Source: Octopus sinensis
Taxonomy: Eukaryota
NCBI RefSeq assembly: GCF_006345805.1
Contig: NC_042999.1
Coordinates: 101,866,001 to 101,930,000 of the forward strand
Length of the DNA: 64,000 nt
Direction of reading: 5' to 3'
How positions within the stretch are numbered: position 1 is the stretch's first letter; each line of letters opens with the position of its first letter. Of this stretch, positions 14,748 through 28,200 are shown one piece after another. Under the pieces are notes generated by a model. The model had not been told where the DNA came from, searched no databases, and was given only the letters and a program-made list of their open reading frames with translations. A program made the position numbers and the translations under genes.

Positions 14748-15151
14748 TTAAAAGATTATGAAAATCCATTCAAATTATTATAAGCACTGCCACAGTCTAA
14801 TTATCAAATCAATAAAGGAATAGCAATAAATTTAAATATATACAAATACGTATATATTTTCATTAATACTGATAACTTTTCTCATCATTGTGGTTGTAGT
14901 TTCAATTGATTAAAAATTGCTTATAACTTACCACCTTATGCATTATAGCATTCATTGATGATCACTTTTCCATCCTTGTATGGATCAATCAGAGTTTACT
15001 GAGGCAGATTTTCTTTGGCCAGATGCCCTTCCTGTCACCAACCCTTATCTGTTTCCAAATTAGGAAATATTTCTCTTGGAAATGAATGACATTTATTTAC
15101 AACATTTCATGATGTCATAAGGAGATAGAAACACAAATAACACACACACAA

Positions 15152-15308
15152 TGGGCTTCTTTCAGTTTCAATCTCCAAATCCACTCACATGGCTTTGGTT
15201 GGCCCAGGGATATAATAGAAGAGACTTGCTCAAGGTGGCACACTGGGACAGAACACAAAACCATGTGATTAGAAAGCAAACTTCTTAACTACACAGCCAT
15301 GCCTGCAT
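15152..15308 (-). mobile_element. tRNA-derived SINE family A
   Basis: aaatccactcacatggctttggttggccc...aaaaccatgtgattagaaagcaaacttcttaactacacagccatgcc. Other copies at 33460-33585, 54317-54492, 55413-55596 (-) and 59203-59350, 63800-63960 (+). Confidence 0.75.
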
Positions 15309-15381
15309 CTCATTAATATCAGATATATGTTTATGTCAGATTAATATCAGATATATATTAAGCAGTACGACTGTAAGCAAC

Positions 15382-16106
15382 ACGACAGAGTGTAAGCACC
15401 CTGAGAGAAAAGTTGGACATAAGCATCAGTTGTGGTGTGCAAGAGAGACGACTGCACTGGTATGGTCATGTGTTGCATATGGATGAGGACAGCTGTGTGA
15501 AAAAGTGTCACACCCTAGCAATAGAAGGAACCTGTGGAAGAGGTATACCCAGGAAGACCTGGTATGAGGTGGTGAAGCACGACCGTCAAAAGTTGAGCCT
15601 CACAGAGGCGATGACAAGTGACCAAGACCTTTGGAGATATGCTGTGCTTGAGAAGATCTGGCAAGCCAAATGAGACCGTGACCTATGCCACTGCAGCATA
15701 ACCAGCCCATTTAAGAGTACCCTTCAATCATTGGGCAATAAACTGTGCTTGCAAAGACCTGTTGAGTCAAGCCATTGTTGTGGCCAATGCCAGTACTACC
15801 TGACTGGCACATTCAAGTGTGGTTGATGCCAGTGCCGCCTGACTGGCTCCCGTGCCAGCGGCACATAAAAAGCACCACCTGAGCATGGTCAATGCGAGTG
15901 CTGCCTAACTCGCCCTCATGCCACCAGCACATGAAAAGCACCCACTACAGTCTTGGAGTAGTTGGCGTTTGGAAGGGCATCCAGCTGTAGAAACCTTGCC
16001 AGATCAGATTGGAATCTGGTACAGCCTTCTGGCTTCCCAGTCCTCAGTCAAGCCATCCAACCCATGCCAGCATGGAAAGCGAACATTAAACATTGATGAT
16101 GATGAC
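15382..16106 (+). mobile_element. RTE LINE 3' end (ORF2 C-terminus plus 3' UTR)
   Basis: ORF 15413-15673 (ERRLHWYGHVLHMDEDSCVKKC...GRGIPRKTW...) followed by the modular UTR, gaagggcatccagctgtagaaac and a (gat)n tail. Confidence 0.9.
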
Positions 16107-17103
16107 ATATATGTCTCTCTCTAAATATAAGCATATTATTTTGCAATTAATTTTTATTTCTTAAATTATTGTTATAAATCTATTAGAACAGAAGTAAAAT
16201 CCCAAGCTTTTCAAATGTCACTGACTAAAAAGTACACAAATATTTGTTTGCCCATATATGTATGTTGTTTGTGTGTGCACCCTGTATGTGTATGCATACA
16301 TGAGTAGGTGTACATGGGTGTCTGTATATCTGAGCGGATGCTTTTTGATATGTGTATGAGAGGCAGAAATGTGTGTGTATGTGTGTGTTGCTCAGAGAAG
16401 TGTGAATAGAAAAACTTCATGTTTATGCATATATGTCTGTGATTATGTATTACTTGAATAGGAGTGTGGGCATGTGTAAGGGTTTATGTATTGAGCAGAA
16501 AGAAATGTGTGAATGGATGTGTGTAGAAGTATTTTACATGCATATAGATGTGGATACTTTTTAATGCATATGTTTGAGTCTGGGTTTATGTATTGTTGAG
16601 TCAAAAGTTTCACCCAGAGTCACCAGGATTGATGACAGGAACATTGGAATGATCTTATACACAAAGTAAACAGTCCTTAACATTAAATAGTTTCTATGGA
16701 TCAGGTAGTCAATCCACTCTCCCTTCAACATTGATACAGGCAGAGCTAGAAATACAATAGTCAAGTAGGTAAGAGGTTTTAAACAGGAGTGTTATATTCA
16801 AAACTAAAAATTGTCAAGGATAAATAAAATTTATTATTGTTACTGAATATGTTAGTGTTATTTAATTTCTAAATGGTTTTGCTGCTATTTGTTTATGTAG
16901 TTCGATTTCTTTATCCATCAGTTTCTTCTAAGAAAGAGACGCAAATAAAATTAATAATAGAGAAACAAAAATAAAACTTTGGAAACAGCAATGGCACCAT
17001 AACTTACTTGGAAACCATGAGCGAGCTTTTGAGGGAAATAATCAGAGAAAGACTTGAAAGTCAACGTAAGATCATAATGCTTCACGTAAAGTAAATATAA
17101 CAA

Positions 17104-17287
17104 ATAATCCAGAATCTTTGCCTGGTACCAGATCGATCCTAAAATCTAATCAGTCTGTGCCAGTCATAAGGCCAAACATCCCTGAAAGTTTGATCAGAAT
17201 CCATCCAGTGGTTCTTGAGATATCTTGTCCCTGGACAAACAAACACGACTGAAAACAATATCTCCGCCTTTGCCAAGGTAGTGGTAA
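17104..17287 (+). mobile_element. Helentron/HINE-like non-autonomous element fragment
   Basis: aaagtttgatcagaatccatccagtggttcttgagatatc...acaaacaaacacgactgaaaacaata followed by an imperfect terminal hairpin (tatctccgcctt-tgcc-aaggtagtggta). Family assignment is by resemblance only. Confidence 0.4.
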
Positions 17288-19939
17288 CAACTTAAAAAAC
17301 CATTTCACTCAGTATTTTCCGACTATCCATCAATGATCACATATTTCATGCAATGCCCCAGGCTTTGAAGCCACCTAATGAAAGAACAAGTTTAGTGAAG
17401 AAATTTTTCTATCTTCCACCTGCTAACTGATACCACAACTCAAAAGTAACAACACTGTTAAAACCTTGTTTTCAAACTCCTTCAGCAACACATCCCTCTC
17501 CAACACTGCTACTATAAGATTCTCAATAGGAATAATATCAAAATTAATTCTAGCACTTACAACTTAGCCTAGGACATAGGCCTTTCCAACTTTGTTACAC
17601 TAAATAGACAAAGAACTAACTACGACTACTATGGAATATTTGGTTGTGAAATATACTGAGAGTCTAATTGGAAAGAATAACAGAATGGTCTTCTTGATGT
17701 CCTAATAACAACACACACACAGAATCTGCATATGACAATCCTGCATTCACCAAGCAATACTTGGAACTTTGATTCCCATTAACCATGAAGGGATCAACAT
17801 CAAGCAAAACTCATATGTGGCAACCCAGACACATATCAACAAGAGATGATTAGGAAATAGAAAGTCTGTAGAATAACAACTACTGAGCAAGTATAGCATT
17901 AGCTTCCAAGACAAAGGTATAAGAGTCAAGAATATCAATCAGAAAACCACTGTGACCTGTTTAACTTACATAAGAGAAGCCTTTTGACTATAACAGACGA
18001 AATGGGGACACTAGACCAAATCTATCATTGCATGTTTTCTCATCTCAGAAATTCCAGCTAATATATGCACGTGTGTGTGTATGTGTATATGAGTGTATAT
18101 ATGTGTGTGCATGTGTGTGTATGTTTGTTTGTGTGTGTGTGTGTTTATGTGTATGTTTGTGTTTATGTGTGTGTGTATGTTTACATACACAGATTTGATG
18201 AAGAATGAAAATGTTATAAATTCTAAAATTGTTTTTTATTGTAACAGTTTATTTTTAGTGATATTCTCAGAGATTAAAGACATGTTAATCCAAATTAATC
18301 TTTGCGCTGCAGTAATGTGTAGTAGTAATGACCAGAATTTTCATACTTTCAAGGTTACCACTCAAAGTGTTAGAGTTTACATATCTACATGCTACAAAAA
18401 TCAGTGAGGATTCAATCAAAATTTCAATACCATGAGAAGAGCTTCTAAAAAGTTAGTTACCATGTGTAGAACTTGTTTATCTTAAATAATTCATTAAAGG
18501 AGCAGATTCTAATATCATTTCAAACATGTCTAATCACTAAAATCTGACTTTTTTCTCTTTTCATCTTTTCATGATAAAAATAAATATTGAAAAGAAAAAT
18601 AGTACAGACTAAAGCATATGTCCAGTTGCTAACACTCCACAGAGTAGATAGTAGATACCATCCAGTGTAGTTGAAATAATATTTAGAGAAAAGCTAGCAG
18701 CAATTTCAAATTATTAATCTCAAATACCCAACAAAGTACCTTTAATAGAGTTAAATTTAAGATCTATGGGAAGTAAGTCAAAGTGTTAATCACTTCATTG
18801 TTGAGCCTTCACAAAATATGCTCCTGTTTTAGACACAAGACTAACAATTTTGAAAGGACTTGACTGGTACTTGGTGAGATTTGAACTCAGACTGTCAAAA
18901 GCTGGAAGAAATAGTGAAAAGTATTTCCCCAACATACTAACAATTCTGCCAATCATTAGCATGTTGGACAAAATACTTAGCCACATTTCTTCTGGCTCTT
19001 TACTTGCTGATCTCAAATCCTGCTGAGGTCAACTTTGACCCCTCTCCTAAAACTTTTAGCCTTCAGCCAAAATTTAAAACCAGTTTTATTGTCATTATTA
19101 TTATTACTATTACAGTAATAATAAGCTTTCTGTATTTAAAGCCTTTACAAGTAACAAGAATTTATTTGCATTCAAAATCAATAACAACAGAAATTAATAA
19201 TACAAATTAACAGTTAAATTAAAATCTTAATGGTCAATTCAACACCAAGTATATTAATATTTCACTCTGGTACCATATACTAAAATTCTCTGTAATATAC
19301 TTATCACAGCATAATCTAAATTTATGAGATGAGTTATTTAAAATTACCATACTATTCACTTTATCAGTATTGCCTTTGTTCTACACTATAGTTTTATAGA
19401 GGCCTGGTTTCTAAACTTCTGGGATGTTGCCCTCACATGAACTTACATCAGTCATTTTCAAGAAGAAACAATCTAAGTCAACATCACCAAAGTAAATGAC
19501 ATCAGTCATGGAGTACTAGATGGATGGTCATTGACTTACCATACATCTAGAAATTAGACTCAAAGATAAGCCAAAAAGATATTAAGAACAACAAACCATT
19601 GCAGAAAAAGCTGACATGTTCAACAACTGAAGTACTCTATAACTTGTTTAAAATTCCAACAACCAGTAGAGAAACAGAACACCAATACTTCAAACTTATA
19701 CAATTTAGAGTTTTAATGGAGTGGCTTAAGAGCTGCTCTGTTTCTGCAGCTGGATCTGCAACAGAATCCTTATGCCACACACATCATGACTGGTGCAACA
19801 AGGACAATGCAAAAATCTGCAAGCTCATCTTGGTCAAAAACTCCACAAAACTTTAGAAAACAATCCATAATCTAAAGCCAATAAGGACAGTTACCAAAAT
19901 CAAGATTAATATTCAACCAGGAAATCATACATATATGTA

Positions 19940-20275
19940 TTTGCAAGTTACTTGGTGACCTTGCTAGTATCTGTGCCATGTAAAAAGCATCCAGTACACA
20001 CTGTAAAATAGCTGGTGTTTGGAAGGGCATCCAACTGTAAAAAATAAACCCATGCCAAAACTGACCTCGTTTATGCTGGTGCCACATAAAAAGTACTCAG
20101 TCTACTCTGCAGAGTGGTTGATGTTAGGAAGGGCATCCAGCCATAAAAACCACACCAAAACAGACAGTGAAGCAAGGTGTGGTCTTCTGCCTTGCCAGCT
20201 CCTGCCAAACCATCCAACCCATGCCAGCATGGAAAGCTGATGTTAAATGATGATGATGATGATGATACACACACA
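19940..20275 (+). mobile_element. Two tandem short RTE 3'-tail copies
   Basis: ggaagggcatcca at ~20023 and ~20128; ends catggaaagctgatgttaaatgatgatgatg. Similar short tails at 21680-21905, 22900-23100, 39125-39290 (+) and 40310-40400, 41285-41370, 47920-48030 (-). Confidence 0.8.
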
Positions 20276-23200
20276 CATTATATACAAGCATAACTGTTAA
20301 GAAGTTTATTTCTCTACCACATGGTTTCATGTTTGGCCCCGCTGCATAGCATCTTGGGGAAATATATTTCATTCAAGCTAACCAAAGCTTCATGAGTGGA
20401 TTTGGTTGACAGAAAGAAGCTCATTGTGTGTATCTCCTTATTTTGACATTGTGTAATTGTTGTAAACAAGTCTAACCATAACACAAATGGTGCTATACAT
20501 TTCCAATGATGCTTGGAACCAAGTGAGGCTGACAGCAGGAAAGGCATCTGGTTGTAGAAAATCTGCTTCAAAAAATTCTGTTTGAACCAAGATAGCATGG
20601 AAAAGTGGATGATGATGACATATACATGCATGTGCATGTGTGTGTGATGGACTATCTTATATTCAATGCATGAGGGCAAAAGAATTTTACTTTTTTCCTT
20701 CTCTCTCTTTTCCCTTTCTTCATTGCTTCTTTTCATTTTCCTTCCTCTCTTCTTTTCTTTCTCTTCCTCTTATACACACACACAAAAGGAGTGCGTTGCA
20801 GGATGATCTTGATAAAAAGAATAAGCCCACACAGTGACTTGTTTAAAGTGGTAATGGCTTGAGTGGGACTGTTCAGATTTTTGGTACTACTGATAGTAAC
20901 AGTTGGTGCAAGTAAGCCACAAGACTAATGAACAGTATACCTCAATTGGACGGTTGTTGATTCTCTTGAATTACTCCAGCCTCTGATGGGTCTTGCATAT
21001 TTTTTATCCTGCAGGGTGTCCAAAAATCACTCTCCTCACCAAGCCAGCTTGATGGAGTTGACAGTTTAGTCACAAACAGCCCAACCATGTAACAAATTGC
21101 ATTGGATTACATAATACCAGTAGCACTTGAGAGCAACCTGACATAAGTATACATGTGTGTGTGTGTGTGTAAGCATACATACATATATCTACATATATAT
21201 ATGTACACACACACTTTTTCCCCATCTTCTCGCTGAACATGCATGAGTCATCTTCAACGGACTAGTCCATCATATATACACACTTATGCATGTGTGTGTG
21301 TGTATATATATATATATGTATATCAGATGGTATGATATTCTTAGTGTACTAATACTAGCAGCACTTTTGCTTACAGCACACCAGTTCATGTCATAAAGCA
21401 GGAGGCAACCTAATGTCTAAGTTCATCAACACACAGTCTCACCCTCATCAAGTATACTGTCAAACCTCTCCAAAGCTACACAAGCAAACTCAGCACTTTG
21501 TAGCACCATGCAGAACTGGAACAGCATCTTAGTGCAGCAGTAAATCCCAGGGAGACACAAGTGCAGGCTAACACTCAGGGATAAACAACCCTGATACTTA
21601 TTAATCACTAGCAGGAAGTGAAAGTCTAGGAGGAGAGTATATCCTGAGGGAAACTCAAGCTCAGGCAAACACCATTTGAGCATAGCCGTTGCCAGTATTG
21701 CCTGTCAGGCCCTTGTGCCGGTGGCACATAAAAGCACCCACTACACTCTCGGAGTGGTTAGCGTTAGGAAGGGCATCCAGCTGTAGAAACTCTGCCAGAT
21801 CAGATTGGAGCCTGGTCTAGCCATCTGGCTCACCAGTTCCCAGTCAAACCGTCCAACCTATGCCAACATGGAAAGCAGATGCTAAACGATGATGATGATG
21901 ATGATGACAGATAAAAGTTGCACAAGCAGCCTTGAATAAAATATGTTCGTGTAAAGTCATATTTAACATACTTGAGCACACTCAGACATGGGAAGACCTT
22001 CCACTGCAGAAATAGTATGAAGAAAAAAATTCTCCTACACATGTTAAAATGTATGCATCCTATGATCCAAAGATGTTAACACTATGCCCAATATATTTTC
22101 AGGTGTACATATGTGCATATATGTGAGTGTGTGTGTATATAGAGAGAGAAAGAGAGACGTGTATATTTATATATGCATGCGTGTATATATATTATTAAGT
22201 ATGCAAGCATACACACACATATATGCATTAATAGATTAATTAAAGGCATATGAAGCGGTGATGATTGAAATAAAACTATGTACATTTGTATTTAACACAT
22301 TTGGGTACACTCAAACATACACTGCTTAATCAATCAATTCTAGCTTAAAAGAGCTTTGTACTCACCAACAATTATTCCGTTTATATACCTCCCCACTACC
22401 TTTGTATTCCACTTGCTATAGCCATCTCTACATATCTCTGACATCCATCTCTGTCACTGTTGCCCACTCTCTCTCCTTACATATCATCTCCATATTTTCT
22501 GACCTGCCTACACATTTATTATACTTCTGCTTATCTCCCTTGCTATATTGCACTTATCGCCTAGTTCTTTCACTCTGCTCTACCTCTACTGATATTTATT
22601 CATTGTCTACATCTTGTTCCATTCACTACATTCATCTCTAACCACCTCCTCACACACTGATGAATTTATCCACCCACCCACCCCTCTCCATTCTACGTAT
22701 TCTTTCTTATACTCACCTTCTTGCATCTTGAGAGTTACACTCTGACACCTTGTCACCACCATCATGGCCTTTTTTCAAGTTACTCCCATTCATCCTTATA
22801 AAATGTGGAGTAGCCATGTATCTCTTCTATACTTGTGCCTCTATCATACTTTAGTCTCTGAACACCTGGCATAAAGCCAACTCCCTCTCTAACACAACCC
22901 CACTCAAGAGCTTTTTGGTGACTTCACTAGTGCCAATCTCACAATAAAAAAATCCAGTATACTGTCATGTGGTTGAGATTAAGAAGGGCATCCAGTCATA
23001 GAAACCATGCCAAAACAGACATTAGAACTCAATGCAGTCTCCCAGCTCATTGACTCCTGCCAACCAATTCAGCCCATGCTAACATAGAAAATGGACATCA
23101 AAAGATGACATATACACACACATTGTTATATAATTCAGTACTTATTTTATTCATCTCTATCAAATCCAGCTTGGTTGTAAAGGAACATGACATAATCTCT

Positions 23201-24103
23201 AAATGCCACAAGATTTATATACATGTGTATAAGTAGTCACCTGCTTACTTTCTAGCTTGCAAACTTCACTCACAACATATCGATCAACCTAAGCCTTTGG
23301 TAGAAGATAGTGTGTCAACTTCTTAACCACATCTTTCAATAAGAAGCTCATTTTTATGCATAGATCTATTAACATTCTTCATCATGATAAATGCAGCAAA
23401 AAAAAAAAAAAGAAACATTTTTTAACTTTATTGAACCCTAACACCTGTACATGTTCCTCAATCCTTAACATTTTTCATTCTTGTAACTATTTCAAGGTGA
23501 ACACAGTCACCACTAATAAACACAATTTCTGAAAATTTCAATATTTCTCTAATGTTTATCATGTATATTTATTTTTTGTTCAACTTGCAGAATATTCTAT
23601 TTAGATTTTGCAGAAAGTATGTCGCTGTTGTGTTTTTGCCTTTATTTTATAGCCATCATACAAAAATATTTCAAAAGCAAATGAACTTTAAATTTATTGA
23701 AATTTCATATCATAATTCTAAATCATACTAACACCACTCATTTCAGAATAAATATCAGCCTAAAAGTTTTGCCTGCCCTCTCTTTCTGCTTGTATAATTC
23801 CATTCAACATTTCTAATGAAATATTAGCTGATTCAATAAGCTTCTATGTGATTGTCTAACCTGCCTGGAATAGCAGTCCAATCTCTCTCAAAGAATACCA
23901 GACCTTTAAAAGAACTCATTAGACAACAGAAACTAAAATAAACTTCCTGGAAAAAAAAAAAAGCCTGAAGAGTCAAGGACTGAATTTTTTTTTATCACAG
24001 CTCTGCTCAATCAGGGCTAATTTATGGATAAAGAATTTTTTTTTTAACTATATTCAAAAAATATTTTCAAATTTAACATGAACAAAGTATTATTATAACT
24101 ATT

Positions 24104-24320
24104 AAGGCAGTTAGCTGGCAGAATCGTTACTAAACAGGACAAAATGCTTCACAGCATTTCTTCCAGTTTTATATTGAGTTTAAACTCTACCAAGGTCAAC
24201 TTTGCTTTTCATCCTTTCGAGGATCAATAAAATAAGTACCATTTGAGCACTGGGATCAATGGAATTTATTATCCCTCCCATTAAAATTGTTGGCCCTGTG
24301 CCAAAATTTGAAACCATTAA
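24104..24320 (+). mobile_element. tRNA-derived SINE family B (Meta-domain-like core)
   Basis: Head aaggcagttagctggcagaatcgtt; core gtcaactttgcttttcatcctttcgaggatcaataaaataagtacca. Resemblance of the core to the MetaSINE domain is inferred from recall. Confidence 0.75.
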
Positions 24321-24602
24321 TAATCATTCACTTCAATGTCCACTTTGTCATGCTAACATGGGTCAGACAAGATTTCATTAAGGCAGACTTTAAACACAAC
24401 CAGATGCTCTTCCTGTCCCGATCCTTATCAGTTTTCAAGCAAGATAATATTTTCCCTAATTTACCAAACAAAGAACAGCTAGGAAATGTTCTTGCAGTAG
24501 TTTGTAAACCAATGACACTGCACATTTCAAGACAACTTCTTCCAGTTTCTCTCTACCAAATTTCATTCACGAGGTACTGATCAACCCATGGACAAAGTAG
24601 AT

Positions 24603-24879
24603 CATAGGTTCTCAAAGTGGCTGCTACCCGCCCCCACCAGTGAGCGCTGGTGCTGGGGGGTGGGTAAGAAAAAGGAGGCGTTGGAAGGCAGTGTATTGGG
24701 GGATGTTATGAATTTATTATATTATAGTATTGTATATAAATTATATTGAATACCAAATGATTTATAGTATATATAAATTAGTAAAACATTAAATATTTAT
24801 ACATAAAAATAGGGGTGGCAGCACTGGGGGTGTTATGTGACCATGAGGGGGGGTGACCCAAAAAGTTTGAGAATCTCTG
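24603..24879. mobile_element. hAT MITE with 8-bp TSD
   Basis: TIR cataggttctcaaa / tttgagaatctctg; flanks aagtagat and cagtagat (7/8); G-rich subterminal regions. Confidence 0.75.
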
Positions 24880-25010
24880 CAGTAGATGATGCCAACTGAC
24901 AGAGTTTACACAATGGGAGTGAACACTGGCACATGTGGTTCCAAAGCAAACTTCTTAAACCACATAGTCACAGCTGTGCCTACATTATTCTTATTACAAT
25001 GAGCATTACT

Positions 25011-25225
25011 AAGGTGGTCAGCTGGCAGAATTGCTAGCATACCAAACAAAATGCTTAACAGCATTTCATCACTTCTACATTATGAGTTCAAATTTGCTGA
25101 GGTCAACTTTGCCTGTCATCCTTTAAGGGTCGATGAAATAAGTACCAGTTGAGTTCTGGGGTCAAAATAATAAACTAACCCCCATTCCCCAAAATTTCAG
25201 GCCTTGTACCTATAGTAGAAAGGAT
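25011..25225 (+). mobile_element. tRNA-derived SINE family B
   Basis: aaggtggtcagctggcagaattgctagc...gagttcaaat...gtcaactttgcctgtcatcctttaagggtcgatgaaataagtaccag. Confidence 0.8.
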
Positions 25226-28200
25226 TGTTTATGTTCAGTATTATTATAAATGCAGAGGAATACTACATTCTTTCGTGTTTCCAGCTCAGATTCAGTCACA
25301 GCCAACTTTTGCTTTTTCTTCTTTCAGCACAAAATAATTACAATAAAATACATAGGATCAAATTTAATAGACTATGCTCTCTCACAAAATATATGGCCTT
25401 TAGTATTCTTAGAAACCCTAGTTCTGTTATTATAAGTGGTGATGGCATTCAGTTGACTAAAATGGAGATCTGCCAGACAAAATGTTTTGTGATATTTAGC
25501 TACATCCCTTTAACTAATATATTGTGCTATGGTCAGCTTTACCTTCCATATTCCTGGGACTGATAAGTACCAGTCAAGTGCTGAAGCTGATTTAACTGGA
25601 CTGTACCTTCATCTATCTATGGCCTTTTGATACCAACCCACAGGACTGCTTCTGATGCTTTGATACAAAGCTTCCTATTTAAAGTGTTCGTACTTAAATT
25701 TAATCCTTATATATAAACCCATAACTAAAAACCTTCTATAAAGTTATGTTCTAAGCACCAGCTTAATACACCAATTCATAAAAAAGTGAGGTATTTTACT
25801 AAATTCCCACCACCCACATAAAAAGAAAAAAAATTTTTTTAATTAATTAAAACTCATATTCAAATATGATGGAGAAAGTGTTAATTTACTGTTCCTTCCC
25901 TAGAATGTATGGCATGTACCGATTTTAGAAATCATTATTATTCAATATACTAGTTCCTCTTTAAAACTTAAAATATTTTTAGTTAATGAGGCAGGAGTGG
26001 TTCCAGTAAACTGATGACCTGACCTAAATAGGAATATAGGATCTAGAATAGTGCCATTTAGATTTAAACAACTCTCTATCACCAACCAACAAACAAGCCT
26101 TTACATGGTCACTCAATCTACCAGAAATAGCAGCCAAATTTCCCTCAAATCACATTGTACCACTTTGAATAACAAAAAGAAGACATTAGTTAATGCAGTC
26201 CTAGATACACCTACAAGACAAGATTGCCACAACTGAAATGTCTTTAAAAACAGGCCTGATCAATTAGAGTTGAACAGAGGCACCACTATTTAGATTTGAA
26301 TAAGGTTAAAAGGAAACTGACAGGAGCTATAGACGTTCAGCTTGGTACTTATAGTTCTATTAATTTAACATGTTCACTTACCAAGTTTAATAACTTTTGT
26401 TAATAAACTTGTTCAATTCAAACAAGCTTGTTAATCAAATACCAAACTGCTATCAACTATTTAAACAGATTCTATGAAAAAATATTTCTGGGCAACCTGT
26501 TTTAATACAAGATTTAGAGGTCTTGTGAGAAACTATTCTACAGGCATGCAAAATAGAATTTTTTATTCTTTTAAATGTTTAAACAATATGGAATAACATT
26601 CAGCCACAATGCTTTACATTGCTTCTAAACAGTTTTACACCCACTTTCTTCAAGCTTGTAATAAGCTGGTTGATTCTACAATGTTCTGTTTTGTTTTTAA
26701 TGCTATTTACATCTATTGTTTCATGCATGCATGGTAAGGAATGCTCTGTTAGTTGTTCATACTGATGGAATGCCCTTCCTACTGTAAACCACTGAACTAT
26801 GTAAAAAGTGATAATTGTTTTTGTCAAGTAAACAAATTTGTGTATGCAAAACTACCTGCTTTGTTTACTAAGGGACACAATACAATGGCTGCAGTAATAA
26901 GGCTTGGAGTTTTAACTTGGTATGTGGTTAATAGTTCAATATTTTAACCTTACATCCATTATACCTTATATTGGATTTATATGAATTCATATTTATATGA
27001 ATTGTCTGGAGCGAATTTTTGGCTGCAGAATACTCTTCCTAACATTAACCATTCAACTACAGATATCAGAATGATACTGATTTCTGAATCAGATAATTGA
27101 GGAAAATTATATGCATAGCAAGGCTGATGGATGAGATCAATCAAATCAGGTTAAAGGGAATTGTACTTATTAAATATATAAAACAAAATGATTTTTAAAA
27201 AGCATTTTTTTAAATCATAAAAAGAAGCACACCCAATCAAATTTTGGCACTGTGGAAAGGGATTTTATTTTCTTTTGCTATTAACACAAAAGAAAAAGAA
27301 AGCAAGAAAGAATTATTTAATAAGTCATGACTAGTATATATGCTGTACTATGTATTCTAAGTGACAGGTTAAACAATTTTTTCTCTGTATGTATGAATGT
27401 ATAACAAAAAGGAAGCCTCTACATGTGACTCAACCTGTTAAAAAGAACAGTCAAATATTTGCTCTAATCACATACTATTGAAGAACTCAATCATTGAATA
27501 ACAATCTGAATTTTTTTAAAAAGTGGGGTGGTCTGGACTAGATTATATTTGCCCAATCAGACTGACTTGAAGCTAAACAACACCATATGAACTATTTATG
27601 TTCTAAGTAGAGAAGGTACTAGGATCCTGATTAGGAATCATTCAGCTCCAAATTAAATTAACTTCTAATTCAAGAAAGCTAAAATGGTCAAATAAGAAAA
27701 GATTTTGAATGTTTTAAAGGCTGAATAGAAATAAATATAAAGAGATTTAATGTAGGTTACATTTAAGTACTCTTTAAAGGATTGCATTCTTGTATAACAA
27801 CACTTTGCATTGCATCATTCCAATTAGGAAATAGACAAAGTTCACATCATTATAAAATGACAAAATTCTAATATTTCAGATAGGGTGCCTTAACAGATAA
27901 GAAAACTTTTCCTTTTCAGCAAAAGCACCCTGCCACAAAATGTTAGAATTCAGTTCTCACATGAGAAACTTATTCCATTTTGTGAACTTTAAGCTGATTT
28001 TTACAGACACAGATGACACCAGCTTACTCAGATTGAAGTGTTTTACATTCAATACAGAAAGAACTGAACCAGGAAGGTCATTATATATTGAATATCTAAA
28101 TAATCTGCAAAGCTAACTAAGCCAAACCAGTATAGGAATATAGGTAAGAAACAAGATTAGACTTTCTTTGTGTATATTGTAACAGTTTGATACAAAACTA

